A stretch of DNA of 63,966 bases, the filler included, from Reticulomyxa filosa (Eukaryota > Protista > Foraminifera), in assembly GCA_000512085.1 (NCBI GenBank). It is 22 parts of 22 records of this genome, joined end to end, with 100 filler letters (N's around TTAATTAATTAA, not from the genome) between each part and the next. Parts side by side here need not be neighbours in the genome. Positions count along the whole stretch, not along the records: positions 34,866 to 40,559 come from ASPP01004543.1; positions 40,660 to 43,643 come from ASPP01008524.1; positions 43,744 to 46,188 come from ASPP01022071.1; positions 46,289 to 48,063 come from ASPP01019730.1; positions 48,164 to 50,113 come from ASPP01003249.1; 17 more parts are not named here. One strand, 5' to 3'. The notes beneath the pieces were generated by a model. That model searched no databases, was not told the origin of the DNA, and was given only the letters and a program-made list of their open reading frames with translations. The position numbers and the translations under genes were made by a program. Of this stretch, positions 37,245-50,213 are shown one piece after another (the first letter of the stretch is position 1; the number at the start of each line of letters is the position of its first letter).

Positions 37245-38458
37245 ATGGGCACTTTCGAATTTGTTTTTCCAAATCCATTTGCAGATGCCTTATGCTTACC
37301 ATATTTCTATTTAGTGGTACCATTCATCTTCTCCTCACTTTTAATAGCGTTAATATTTTCCAAAGTGACTCGAAAAAGTATCCCGTTGTTTCACCAATGG
37401 ATGGACGTGGACTCATTTTCTCAATTCAAAGTGGAATGGAACAAAGAAGCTCATTATGAAGTGGTACAAATGTTGGAGGAAAAGATGCCCCAAAGTGGAG
37501 TGGGTGAGCTGATACTTTCATACCTTCCCCATTATTCCGAAATATATGAAGTTTACTTTCATTGAAATGTTCGGACTCTACCATCAGATCGATCTTGTAA
37601 CATTGCACAATAAAAATAAAAAAATTATTTTCAAAACAAGGTCGGTTGGTGGAGATATCGAAAAGGAGGAGAATTAGAAAGATGGAAAATTGACGCAGAT
37701 TTATTGGAAACCAAGTTGTCAATCTATCCATTGATACGTCCATTATGGATGCTTTTGGCATGGATCGCATTATTGTCAGTTTATAGTAATTGGGCTGCCA
37801 AACAGAGCTCTTCATGGGATCGTTATGCAGGTTATATATGTACATATATTATTTACGTATACTTATTATTTGTATATGTATGTATTGGAAAAGGCTTGAC
37901 GGTGGCAATGTTGTATCATCCCTGTCATAAGATGGTGGGTGTGTCATTATGGTATTTTTTGCACAAGCACTATGTCAGCGCGTTCGATGGGGAGTTTCGT
38001 GTTTCTTCTTTTTACAAGCGAGCAATTTTGGCAGTGATGACACGAGTGAATGGAATTGAAAATGCAGTTGGAAGTTTTCTCATTGCCGGCATTGGCATTG
38101 CAGTGTATGCCACTGGATTTTGTGTATTCATCCCACTTATCTTATTAATGCTCGCTGTCGGACTCTTTTTTTTTTTATTGCTCTTGCTTTGGCCAATCTA
38201 TTCCCTCGTTTTGATTCGTTTGGATTTGATCACTTTGTCAGCACTATTATGTCTATTGTTGTTGTCTTCTGTCTTTGGGTCAGTGCAGCGACAGCCATAC
38301 CTTTCACTGCAGGAAAGGGCTACAGCAAAGTTATGAGTTATAGTTTATATGGACAATACTGTGACTACAACGGTCGCGAAAATGCAAAGGTCATTTGGGA
38401 TGTCAGTAACATGGATTGGAGACATTGGGTGATTGTCGTTGGATGGCTTGTTTTTTGA
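37245..38458 (+). CDS. Hypothetical multi-pass membrane protein (multi-exon)
   Basis: Exon 1 ends EIYE|gtttac and joins aag|VGWWRYRKGGELERWKIDADLLETKL. Several hydrophobic segments; probable poly-T frameshift at about 38170. Confidence 0.6.
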
Positions 38459-38770
38459 AAGGGAATATAAATTAGTACTTTTGACCGCACTGCATGTGCG
38501 TTTTCTCATTTGTATTTTTGTACATTTTCAAACCCTGCAAGGTGACAGTTCTTGTATTTTCGTTAAATAAAATAATGGACCAAGTTTGTACTATTTTTGT
38601 CTAGTTTGACACTTTTTTTTTTAAAAAAAAAAAACCAAACAAACACAAAAAAAAGCCCCCCTTTGCAAGATAATCAATATTGGATTTGCAACATTCAGAT
38701 TAATTTTTTTTAGCTTCAATTCGCATGTCAATTAGTAGCAGAAGAACTCATTATAAAAAAAAAAGAAAAA

Positions 38771-39400
38771 ATGACTGAAGAGAAGGCCGCAGACGAGAAG
38801 GAAGTATACAAAAAGAAGGAGAGACCAGAAGTGGATGAAAAAGCAAAGATAGAAGAGAGTACGTGCCATGTGAAGTTGGTAAGAAAAGAAGAATATACAA
38901 CCGAGGTGACAAAGGCGAGTAGCAAAGGGTTGGTAATCTGCTGTTTATTTGCACAATCGCAAACCGAATCAAACAAGATGTTGCAATGTTTAGAAAGTTT
39001 GGCAAAGAAGTTTAAAGCATGTAAATTCGTGAAAATTCTTGGCCACGAATGCATTGACAACTATCCGGATGAAAATTGTCCGACTTTATTGTTATATAAA
39101 AACCAAACTGCCATTGGACATATCAAAGGTTTGCAATGCTTTGGAGGCTTGCGTGTCATTTCACCCGATGTCATCGAATGGGAGTTTGCAAGAATCGGCG
39201 CTTGGAAGTCACAATTGACTATCAATCCTCGAAACATATCCCTCTCTCATACCAACTCAAATTCTCTTTCACAACAACGACTACAACAACAGCGCCGATA
39301 TAAAAACACTCTCAAAAGCACTGATTTGCCTTACTCTTCTGATGATGCTGAAACTTTTGATGATGAAAATCTTGCTAGTGATTTGTCCGACTTGGACTGA
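38771..39400 (+). CDS. Phosducin-like protein (PhLP2/PDCL3 type, thioredoxin fold)
   Basis: EYTTEVTKAS..LVICCLF..CLESLAKKFKACKFVKI..CIDNYPDENCPTLLLYK..GLQCFGG, with an acidic C-terminus. Confidence 0.85.
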   Translation: MTEEKAADEKEVYKKKERPEVDEKAKIEESTCHVKLVRKEEYTTEVTKASSKGLVICCLFAQSQTESNKMLQCLESLAKKFKACKFVKILGHECIDNYPDENCPTLLLYKNQTAIGHIKGLQCFGGLRVISPDVIEWEFARIGAWKSQLTINPRNISLSHTNSNSLSQQRLQQQRRYKNTLKSTDLPYSSDDAETFDDENLASDLSDLD

Positions 39401-40659
39401 ATAATTTTTTTTTTTTTTTAAAAAAAAAGGGGGTGCAATGTTCTTAAGTTTTTTTTATACGGGAGATGAAGCCCTTTTTTTTTGAAGTGTAGCCTTGTTG
39501 CTCAAAAAAAATATGATTTGTGGTCGAAAGTTCTATTAAGTAGGGATACAAATAAAAAGTTACAAATTTTTATATTTTTTTTAGTGTTAGAATGATGTTT
39601 TGCATATCTGTTAATGCTTTCTTTTTTGTTGTTGTTTTTGTCTTTCATGATAACTATTCGCTTCTTCCCGTTTCATGAACCTCTCTATTGTTCATTTGAA
39701 AAAGTAAATAACCAATAGAGTGACTTTCATTGAATTTTTTGAAATTCGGAAAAAGTAAATTGTTATTGTTGCTGGTGTTGTTTCTGAGCGTATTACAAAA
39801 AAGATCAAGAAATATGTCGACTATATCAAATAAAGGACAACAACAATAACAACGATTGTAATAATAAACAGAAAATTAAAAAGGGATACTCGATATTCGA
39901 TAATACATTGTTGCAGTCGTCGATCGTGAGGTCGTAATCGAAGACATACGACAGAGCTTGAATTTAGCTCAATTCAGGACACCCGAATTTTAAACATTAC
40001 ACATTCCATTTGATTCTGCTCGTAATTGTTCAACTGAACAACATGTTATGAGATCTTTATGTTTGACTTCATCATCTCTATCGCATGCTCTTCTTTCCTT
40101 GTCAACTTCATATCGTATGTGCTCCTTCTCTTCTCTGCTTTTTTCTTGTCCATTTTTAGCTCTTCCTTTTTGTGCAAAGAGCTCTCTTCTGAAATTTTCT
40201 CTTCCTTCATGTTTTGAGTTAAAGTTAAAAAACTAACAGATCTTGTTGCCGATCTTTAAGTGCTTATCTTGCAAGGGGGCTCTCTATTTTTTTTAAACAT
40301 TACAATAGTCAGACAATTTTTGAAAAACTGAACACAAATTCTAAGTACTCTGAAATAAGTTATTCACATTATCATACTAAATTGTTCTTGTATTGAACAA
40401 GTAAATGCTCCGCAATATAAAAAAAACCAACATTGATGAACAAAAGAAACAAACTTTTTTTAAAGCAAAATACGTAACCAAATGAAAAAGCAAAAATACA
40501 ATATTATCATTGAAATTCCTGATCATTATAATTTGACCAATAATGAAATAAAAACTTTTNNNNNNNNNNNNNNNNNNNNNNNNNNNNNNNNNNNNNNNNN
40601 NNNTTAATTAATTAANNNNNNNNNNNNNNNNNNNNNNNNNNNNNNNNNNNNNNNNNNNN

Positions 40660-40870
40660 GTGGTTATTGATACGTTTATGAGAGAAAAAGTAACAACGGT
40701 TCATAAATACTCAATGACTGAAAATAAGTGGATGGGATATACGCAATATTTGCCAACTTCATTGAGATTTCGTATTGTCGTACGTTATTCACTAAATATA
40801 ATGCATATTTGGACTTTTTTTTTTTGGAGTGTTTGCTGAAAAAGCAAAGCATTTTGAAACAAAAGTAAAT
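40660..40870 (+). pseudogene. Kelch-like family remnant
   Basis: VHKYSMTENKWMGYTQYLPTSLRF resembles KYSIRENKWVTFQNTLPSPL in the 17471 copy. Degraded. Confidence 0.5.
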
Positions 40871-41039
40871 GAAAAAAAGAACGAAAGTTGATGGTAGAAG
40901 ATAAAAATGAAGTAGAAATTGAATAATGAGAAGAAGTAAAACCAGAGTCAGATATTAAAAAAGTGAAAGTTGCGAATATGAATTGAGTACACTTTTATTT
41001 ATTTTCAAATTTCAAGTCATATCTCAATTCTTCCAAACT

Positions 41040-41990
41040 TTCTTTTGTGTCCAATGTTTTCCAATCTAATTTCTCATAACGTGTTATTATAAACTGTATA
41101 TGCTTCTTTATAATATTCAAAAGCTGTTTTTCTTATCATTTTGAATCACCAACTGGTCTATCTGTATCTCCAAATATTTGCTTCTTATTTTTAATGACTC
41201 CTTATGATGTTCTATTGTTTTATCATATCCATCTTCTCGGATGTAGAAATTACCTAGATTAAAATACGAATTAGCAACATTAGCACGTATCAATTTAGAT
41301 ATCTAATCCGATTTCTACTGTCTTTATATACCATTTAATTGCTTTTCCAGAATTACCATTATCATCCATACGCATTTCCTAAATTGAAATATGAATTAGC
41401 AACATCTGTGTGGTTTATTCCTAAAATATTTATTCTGATCTTCAATGCCCTTTTATGACATTTAACATTTTTATTATTATCATAGGCATTTCCTAGATTA
41501 TAACACAATGAGCCTAGCAGCATTATTTTCATTGTTGATCAATTTCTTCGTCTCTTCCTGTCAATAGTCCCGTCTGTTGTTCTATCATTTGTTTCTCTTT
41601 TTCAACCAACTTTTTTCTTTGTGATTCAACTTCATTACTATATTTAAGTTTTTCTTGTTATACTATGTCGATTTCATTGTCTTTTAATTTTATCTCAGTT
41701 TGCAATTGTTCAATTTCATTATTATTATTTTTTTAAATCGAAAGTCTGATACCAACATGCAAATTGCTTTGCTGTTTTAGACAATCCTCTCCAACAATCA
41801 ATGTCAACTGGATGATTTGCAACTTGTTTGCAAATTAAGCAAATGAAATGATTGACTTGCTCTTCTTCACTCAACTGCAATATCCAATGTTTGTCAAAGC
41901 ACGGCCAGGCTAGAAGAAAGTAGAGGCACTCCAGTTTTTAGCGTCTTCCTTTTTTTTTTTTTTTCATCTTCTGCTTTTCTCATCTTTTCT
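41040..41990 (-). pseudogene. Decayed TRAF-type RING + coiled-coil + TPR-repeat gene
   Basis: CFDKHWILQLSEEEQVNHFICLICKQVANHPVDI..VGEDCLK (about 41780-41905). TPR motifs LCYNLGNAY and ALKIRINILGINHTDVANSYFNLGNAY (about 41250-41510). Many frameshifts. Confidence 0.7.
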
Positions 41991-42497
41991 TTTTTTGTTT
42001 TTGCCTTCAAATCTATATCCTGTCCACTTTTGATACAGAATAAATAAACAAATCACTTATGAAGGATAGTTATTGTGATTGGTAGAAAGCGTAATAATTT
42101 TTTACTTCATCATTATACTACCCAGATAATCTCTGAAGTAAAATAGTTTTCTAGTATTATAGGATAATAAAGAAATATTGGGAATGTGAACCAAAGATGA
42201 TATTTCTGATCGGTGGGATCTTGGAATCATTTTGGAATACTTTAACTCCAGGATTCTCTCGTATACATGAACGAATAAAATTGCACCGAAAATGTGTGTT
42301 TATCAAATCTTGCCTTATCTTTTTAATTCCCACATAAGAGGAAAAATGGGAACTATAACAAACAAATATTTCATCGAATCTTTATTTTTGAACTTTTGAG
42401 TACATAAATGACCAGAGAAAAGGAATTCAACGAACAAAAAAAAAATATGCAACAAAAACGTACTTTTTTTTTTATTAACAAAAAAAAAAGAAGCTGA

Positions 42498-43599
42498 TCA
42501 CACAAATTTTCTTTGTTGAAAGATGATGTCATAATCAGTAGTGTCCTGACTTTCTACACAATACCATTCACTACTTTTATTGTTGCGAATATGTGTCCTA
42601 ATCTCTTGTAATATTTGCTTGAATGGCTGTCCATTTTTATATTTTGACGTGACAATATTTTTCATACTTTTGCTCAGTAATGACAGATCAGCTACTCGAT
42701 ATCCTTTTGTGGTTGACCAAATTATCAAAAATCCATCATCGCAGTGTCCATATCGCACTTCTTTTCCTCGCGTTGCAACTTTGTGTGCTCTCGGGATATT
42801 TTCACCACGACAAACGTCAATGATAAAAATTTTCGGAATATCTTTGAAAGACTCCATTTCGTTGCAATTCAAGGACGAGCGTATTTTATCAATTGACAAA
42901 CGCTTTCCATCGCTTGCTATAAACATATTTTCATATTCCCCATGTCCACAAAAAATCATAATCAATCCGTCGTATTTTTTGGTATTTTTGACAAGGTCAT
43001 GTTTGTGAATAGTCTGATCTATGAAATCTTGAATCTCTTGTCTTGTCATGCTTGGATGTGGATTGCACTCCATTTCGTAATTCAACTCTTGTTTAAATAA
43101 TTGTTCGAAATTCTTGGAGTCTTCTTTTTGCACATTTGGGAGATCTCGCCACATTGTGTCTTCTGTATATTCACTTATGGCAACCATCACCACCAATGCA
43201 TTTTTAATTATCTTTCGCTTTCCGGTTATCAGTTGAAATGGAGTCCAACAAATGTGAAAGGTAGGGTCATCACGCTTGAATTCTCGTTTCACATCTTCAT
43301 CCGATTCAACATAATTATTCTCCTCATCCATCAATTGCAGCTTTACATTTTCTTCATTGATCTTTTGAAAATCTCTCGCTTCCAAACAGTGATAGCTTTG
43401 CCAAAGAAGTTCCTTGAATGTCAATTCTCCCATTCTTATCAACTTTTTGTTTTCATCTACTGTCACATAGGCGGTCAACTATTTATATATTTTTTTTTTT
43501 TGAGTTATTGCAGCTCCCATTAAAGATGGAAATGAGAAAAAAAAAAAAAGAGCCACATGATCAATTAACTTCTTCTTTTTCTTTACTGTCTTGATTATC
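42498..43599 (-). CDS. Caspase-like (clan CD, C14) protease with N-terminal PB1-like segment (5' partial)
   Basis: NALVVMVAISEY; DGLIMIFCGHG (His at 42942-42944); KDIPKIFIIDVCRG (Cys at 42810-42812); p10-like FLIIWSTTKGY. Small upstream exon 43599-43570 (DNQDSKEKEE), then acceptor tag| before 43478. Confidence 0.88.
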
Positions 43600-43743
43600 C
43601 TATTCGCCAGATAACACAAACATGTTAATATCAATAACATGTTNNNNNNNNNNNNNNNNNNNNNNNNNNNNNNNNNNNNNNNNNNNNTTAATTAATTAAN
43701 NNNNNNNNNNNNNNNNNNNNNNNNNNNNNNNNNNNNNNNNNNN

Positions 43744-44662
43744 TATATAAGTGTTATCTTCATTCAATATTCCAGAACAATTATGCAATGAAACAGACAA
43801 AGTATATTCAAATATAATCTATGGTTTTTTTCTCGAATTGAATATTTGTGCACTGCCTTTGAAGATGCAAATTTACCATTATTCCATCCACCAAAGAGCA
43901 AGATGGTATCATTAATATACACATATGCATATCTATATAATGATGCAATATCATCACAAATAGGTAGTTGACGAAATTTAAAATTGTTGTTATCTTCATC
44001 ATATTCAATTGATAATCCTGTCTTAGCACAAAACAATAGCATTTTATTATTTTGTTGATTTATTTTCATCATTTCTTGTCCTTGTCCATTTTCTAACGTT
44101 GATACAAAGCAATGATGATCGATATGATTATGAGTTGGTAAAGTATCATGTTTAATAAATTGAAATGTATTTAAATTAAACACACTAATATTTTCTGAAT
44201 GATATGTGATGAATAATAAATGACTGTTTCTTCCACCAATCACTGCACGCGCTCCTTCATAATTATCTTGATTTCTTCCAATGATAATTGGATGTTTGTG
44301 ATTGTCTGTGAAAGGAACCCATTGATTATAATTGTTTAATTTATTTGATAAATTATTCCAAACACTTATGTATTTCATCACCAATGTATGTTTGCTTTTT
44401 CCATCATAATTAGATCCAAAAGATAACAAAGTGATTTGATTACTGTCTTTATTGTTATTATCTTTCAGTTTCACTGCAAAGTGTCCCCATTACTTGGATA
44501 ATTACAGATAAACTTGTATTCGTTTTTAAGTGTATGATAAGAATAACAAGCCCTTTCGTATTTACCTCCACAAATGAGGAGTTCGTGTTTGTGTAGCACA
44601 CGTTGAGATTCACCAAGTAGAATGGGCAAGTCCTTCAACATTTGAAAGGCTTCGTTGCTCAT
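43744..44662 (-). pseudogene. Kelch-like repeat family member (frameshifted)
   Basis: Paralogue of 17471-18507 with a conserved upstream leader. Frameshift/deletion at about 44480 and another frameshift at about 43830. Confidence 0.8.
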
Positions 44663-44960
44663 GTTGTTAATGTTGAGGAACTATGATGTAGTTTAGAGTT
44701 TTTTAAAAGGGGGGAAGTACATGAAAAAAAGTAGTCCTTTTAAATTGATTGTGTGTAATTATTCATTTAATCAATTTAAGCATAGTTTTAAAAAATGAAA
44801 AAAAAAAAATCTTTTCAATTTCTGGTTGTTATAAATAAATTTGACAAAAAAATCTTTTTTTAAACGTTGAAATTGTCATATGTGTTTTTAGCTCTTCCTT
44901 CCACGATTGCTTGTGAAAAATGGAAAAATGGGCGAAAATTTTGATTTTCCAGCGTTGGAC

Positions 44961-45147
44961 AAACGACTTTTACTGACGAGTTATGGACTTATATTCCACC
45001 TGATCCCTGTCTATGAGATAGAGCCTTTGGAGAAGATCACGGACGCATATTTGGTTTACTACTTGTAGTGTGAGGCGGATAGACGTTGCATATTTCCAAC
45101 TAGGTCAAGCCAGTCGACAGTGAGCCTCTGTATCTGTGGTGTCAATG
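44961..45147 (+). pseudogene. PRP8: Isolated PRP8 (U5 snRNP) gene fragment
   Basis: KRLLLT..MDLYS(H)[40 protein letters not shown]..YLWCQ matches the conserved PRP8 segment [40 protein letters not shown].EP. Contains stops and frameshifts. Confidence 0.88.
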
Positions 45148-45624
45148 GGATTGTCGATAGCAGACTTGAAGACCTTGTTCAAATTTTTCAAAAAATAAAA
45201 TAAGAAAATTTACACTTGAAATAGTTGAATATTATTGATTAACAAGTATTTGTGATGATAAAACTTCATTTAAAATACGTTATATAACCGAAAAATACAA
45301 AGTATTTTCCTTTTTGTATGATTGTTCACTAAATCACGCCAACATTTTGAAAAAGTGGTATGTGTAAATCCTCCAAAATTTGAAAGGGAGTTGAAGTACT
45401 AATATGTTGACTCTGTTCAGGAGAATTTGGTGTAGTGGTTCGATTGGCCATGTTACCTTTTTTTTAAAAAGGACATTTTGAAAAAAAGACAAATTCAAGA
45501 GTTAAATTGATGTCTTTTTTTTATTTTTTCTTATCGTGAAGACAATCAAATTAAACAAGTTTACATTTTTATTGATCAAATTTTTCAAAACAAAATACCT
45601 TCATTTCTTATTTTTAAAAAACAA

Positions 45625-46188
45625 TTATCCACAAATGCGAATGGGGCCATTGACCGAACCATAACACAAGTTTAAATCATACGAGCTATTCTTTGCGTCT
45701 TTGTTGTTCTTAGCTTTCTTTTTCAATTCAATAAATTTAAGATATGTTATTCCACAATCTTCTTTCTCAATTCCCTTCATTACATACAGTTCCTTCTTAT
45801 TTGACCGAATATCCCAAAAACGAATTGTATCATCACATGATCCAGAACATACCACATTTGAATTACCATTAATTTTGATATTATTTACTACAAGTGGTGA
45901 ATATTCAACACACATCACACAATCTGTATGTCCATTGAACATTTGAATTTGTTGACCAGATCGAATATCCCATAAATGAACACTTTTATCATATGATCCA
46001 GATAATATTGTATTTAATAATTCATTTGATCCATATTTTACACTCCCACATAATGTTCATGTCCTTTGAATACATTCAATTGTTTTGTTGTTTCAATATC
46101 CCATATTCGAATAGTTTTATCACCTGATCCAGAACAAATTGTATATCCATTTCCACCAATCACACCAATATTATTCATTTTATTATTA
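45625..46188 (-). CDS. WD40-repeat protein C-terminus (5' partial; one frameshift, possibly a pseudogene)
   Basis: TICSGSGDKTIRIWDIE, ILSGSYDKSVHLWDIRSG, GHTDCVMCVEYSP and CSGSCDDTIRFWDIR; frameshift at about 46045. Confidence 0.8.
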
Positions 46189-46662
46189 NNNNNNNNNNNN
46201 NNNNNNNNNNNNNNNNNNNNNNNNNNNNNNNNTTAATTAATTAANNNNNNNNNNNNNNNNNNNNNNNNNNNNNNNNNNNNNNNNNNNNAGAAATTTTACT
46301 AACTTTTGTTCGTGTATTTTTTTAATGACACATCTGAAAAAATCAATTTTAACATAAATTTCAGCAAAATTAACAAATTTTTCAAATGCAAATTCGATAT
46401 GTTTTAAAAAAATATTATGAAAAGTGATTAATGTGATATAACCAGTACATATAAATTAAATTCATATTTTAGTTTATTGCATGAATAGAATCAATTGTTG
46501 CCAAAGTCAATGGCATTCCATTTAAGTATATATTTATTTTTTCATATTTATCATAAGTACAGTATAAAGAAAAAGATTTAACATATATACTATTTTCACT
46601 TTATGTGCATGAAAATCCTTTTTTTGTTTTTTTGAAATTTTACAAATACTTTTTTACAAATA

Positions 46663-48063
46663 CAGTTGCAACCACGAAAAGTGCAGCCCACTAAAAAAGC
46701 GCACTACCACCAGATTTTTTGGTAAATTCCAATCGCAATACAAAAGTAAGCAGTTTTAGTCATGAACATTAGCACTTTCAGTGATACAGATTTTTGATCT
46801 AAGTAATTTAAAAAGAGTTTATCAAATAAATCTTTAACACAAGTTGTTTTTCCCAAAAAGTTCAACAAAACCTTCCACATTCAAAAAAGTCTAGTTCATC
46901 CAAGCTAGTAATTGTTTTTTATTTCACTTGTAGTTTGAGCTATTATACTAATTTCACCGTTTAAAGACTTATCAGCACGTGATGTACTGGAAAATGTCAA
47001 ACTAAGTTAGTACGAAATCAGTCTGGCAACGGGACGATTGGAAAATGATAATTATTTAACTAGATGTTGGCAGAGAATTTGGCATTGATAAGAATATTAT
47101 CAGTATGCTACATAAAAAAATTGCAGTCACTGGGTGTGGCCAAGACAAAAAAGTGGTCTGCATATGATGATATGCAAATGAAACGAAATATTTGTACAGA
47201 TAAATGCACGACTGCTATAGATATTGCCAGACAAAGACAGAAACTGAACATTTCAAAACTAGGTTTGACTATAATAAGACGAATTTTAAATTGCAAGGCT
47301 TGAATAGCTTTCTTAAAGTTAAGAAACAATTTATTACAAGTCGACATTGTCGATTGCGCCTTCAATTTGAATTAAAGTATCGAAATTGGACAAAAATTAA
47401 TTTGCACTATTATGGACTCCACAATTGTACTGAGATTTGCTTAAAGATGAAATGAAAAAAAAGTGTAGTAAATTGTGTTGGTAGTGGAATTTGAAAATGA
47501 ATACATATATAAGCGGGATAATGTTCAGTGTACAATAGCGACATTGGTAATGTAATATTTCACAGATGAATGCACAGCATTTATTGAGTATCCATCACAA
47601 TCTACAGATCTTAACTCTATTGAAAATTTGTGGTGTATCCTCAAGCTCAAATTACATAGCAATTGTAATATTCATAATCAATAGAAGCTGTCGGAAGCGT
47701 TCGCAAAAGAGTGTTATAGTATTTATGCTGATTTATGCGCCAAACTTGTTGACTACACGCTTCGTCGAATCAATGATGTTATCACAGCTATATGTAGTCC
47801 TACTAAATACTAATACAAACAAATAATCTTAGATTTTGTGTTTTTTTTTTTTACTTTAAACTAAATAATAAGTGTAATTGGTATAATTCCATTTACTATT
47901 GCAAAATTATTTCATTCATAACAAAACCTTGACTTTTACGGTGAACTTTTTGGGAAAAACAACTTGTGTTAAAGAGATATTTGATAAATTTTTTTTGAAT
48001 TACTTACATCAAAAATCTGTATCACTAAAAATGCTAATGTTTATGGATTAAAACTGCTTACTT
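46663..48063 (+). mobile_element. Tc1-like DNA transposon relic with long TIRs (right end cut by contig)
   Basis: Starts TA|CAGTTG. 46744-46864 is the reverse complement of 47942-48063 (about 120 bp). Internal transposase remnants: RLRLQF..KYRNWT, IEYPSQSTDLNSIENLWCILK (Tc1 WPSQSPDLNPIENLW motif) and RRINDVI..TKY*. Confidence 0.9.
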
Positions 48064-50213
48064 NNNNNNNNNNNNNNNNNNNNNNNNNNNNNNNNNNNNN
48101 NNNNNNNTTAATTAATTAANNNNNNNNNNNNNNNNNNNNNNNNNNNNNNNNNNNNNNNNNNNNACAAAAAAAAAATTAAAACTGATAAAATCTGACTTGG
48201 ACCAGATTAATAAATAAATAAATATGAAAAGCATGTTAGCATTTGAATGCAATATAAAGCTGATCAATTGAACAATAATGTAAAACTAAATAATAAAATG
48301 ACTACATTGTATGTGATTATCTTCTAATGAACTAATATTAATAATTTTGATTTCAGATTCAAATCACACGTGATCTCTAGTATATATGAACAAAAAGATT
48401 ATAATTAAATTCTGAATATTGATTCAATAAAGGTATTAACTTGTTGAAATATTGAATAATTTTTTTATTTGTCGCAAATGCATTCTCAGTGTTTTAATAT
48501 GCTACAACGGAAAACATTGGAAATACATTTACGTTATTTTACTGCACTGACAATGTGGTATTACTTTAATTCATTGAAGTTAGTATTTGTACTTGTGTTG
48601 TCATGTATTGTTATAGTGATTTGCATTATTTTATATATATGCTATATTTTGATATATGTTTGTATTCATATACATAAATTTCACAAAATGTGAGCTTTAG
48701 TACAAAACTAGATAAAATTCAGGAAGAAACTTCTAGTTTTGAGTTGTTTGTTTTTTTTGGTGTTCACAAAAAAAGTAACAACAATGACAGAATGTGCAAA
48801 ATGCAAAAACGAAGAGCATATTGACACATGTGACTACTGTTTACGATAAAAATCATTCCAAGTATGACGGAGTTCATGACTGCCTTGATTGGCCAATTTG
48901 TTTCACAAATCGATGACGTCACATTCTAACTAGGTGACAACTTGTGGCAGTGGACAATGGCGATCGAATCTCTCATTCAGCTCTCCCATCGGTGGTGATT
49001 GCGACAACAACATCAGCTGCTCCTCCGTTGTTATCTCGGAGCGCTTTTCCGATTTCGACTTGGGTTTGATTGATGAAAAGGGATTAGTATATATAATGGT
49101 AAGTGTATGAAGAATAAATAAGAAAGTTGTTATAGCGACTGTGTGAGTGATGTGTTGGCCAAGCAAGAGAGTCCCGAGTAATGTTTTATCGATTGCAAAT
49201 GCTAGTCACATGAACCTCCATTTCCGGAAAGGCATCTATCACTTCTGTGCCTCCGTCGTCAATCACCAATTAAAAGATGTTAGCATTGGATCTGTTGAGA
49301 ATGAGACAGCGGAAGCAGGAGTGGCAAAGGCGAAAAGGATAGCGATGATGTTATCATATAATCAGTCTGCGTGCTTTCGAATCAAGCGCATTTCTGCAAA
49401 CCCTTTCTTTTGGACATTTCTTCTTATGTTTCTTATTTTTTTTTTTATTGGATACATTGTTGTGATTTCAACGACGGTCCTACTGTTCAATAACCGTCTT
49501 GCTTTGGCTTTGGTGATATCAAGTCTCTTCCAAATTTTATATGCCATTGGTTTCTTTCGCTTTCTTTTTTTCACTCTGGATATTGTCTCCGTGACTGCAG
49601 TAGTGATCGCCTGAACCACCATTGCAGCCGCTGCTGTTACGGCACTTGTGAGAAGAGTTTGCTACTGTCGTATGGAACTGCCCATCGCTATTTGCAACTT
49701 CTCTCCAGACATGCGCAATTCTACTATTCACGTCTTTGATTGTTGCTTCTGTCTTCCCTCCACAATCCAAGCGTTTAAAAATACATATACAAATTTATAT
49801 ATACATTTTTTTTTTTAAAAAAGTGCTATGTGAACAAACTTTTAAACAAACTTGTCAAAAACAGTGTCGATGAATCGTTGATACTGCATCCAGGTAGGAG
49901 GGATGCATGCCACTTGATCAGGTCTTGTTGGAGTGTTGGACCTTTGGTGACACTAGCGTTGGAATATGGAGAATCATAATAGTACTTAGCCTTTTCGTAC
50001 AAGTACTTGGTAATGTACATTTGACAGTATTGCAAGATACAAGTACAAACACATTCACAAATGATTCTTGTTGAATAGTGCTTGTAACTTTGCTACTAGC
50101 TGAATGATAATATNNNNNNNNNNNNNNNNNNNNNNNNNNNNNNNNNNNNNNNNNNNNTTAATTAATTAANNNNNNNNNNNNNNNNNNNNNNNNNNNNNNN
50201 NNNNNNNNNNNNN

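Noticed and set aside
48850-50113. Possible stop-codon reassignment in fragmented minus-strand frames
   Set aside because: Conserved genes elsewhere use the standard code with TAA, TAG and TGA stops. This region is better explained as degraded or error-prone sequence.
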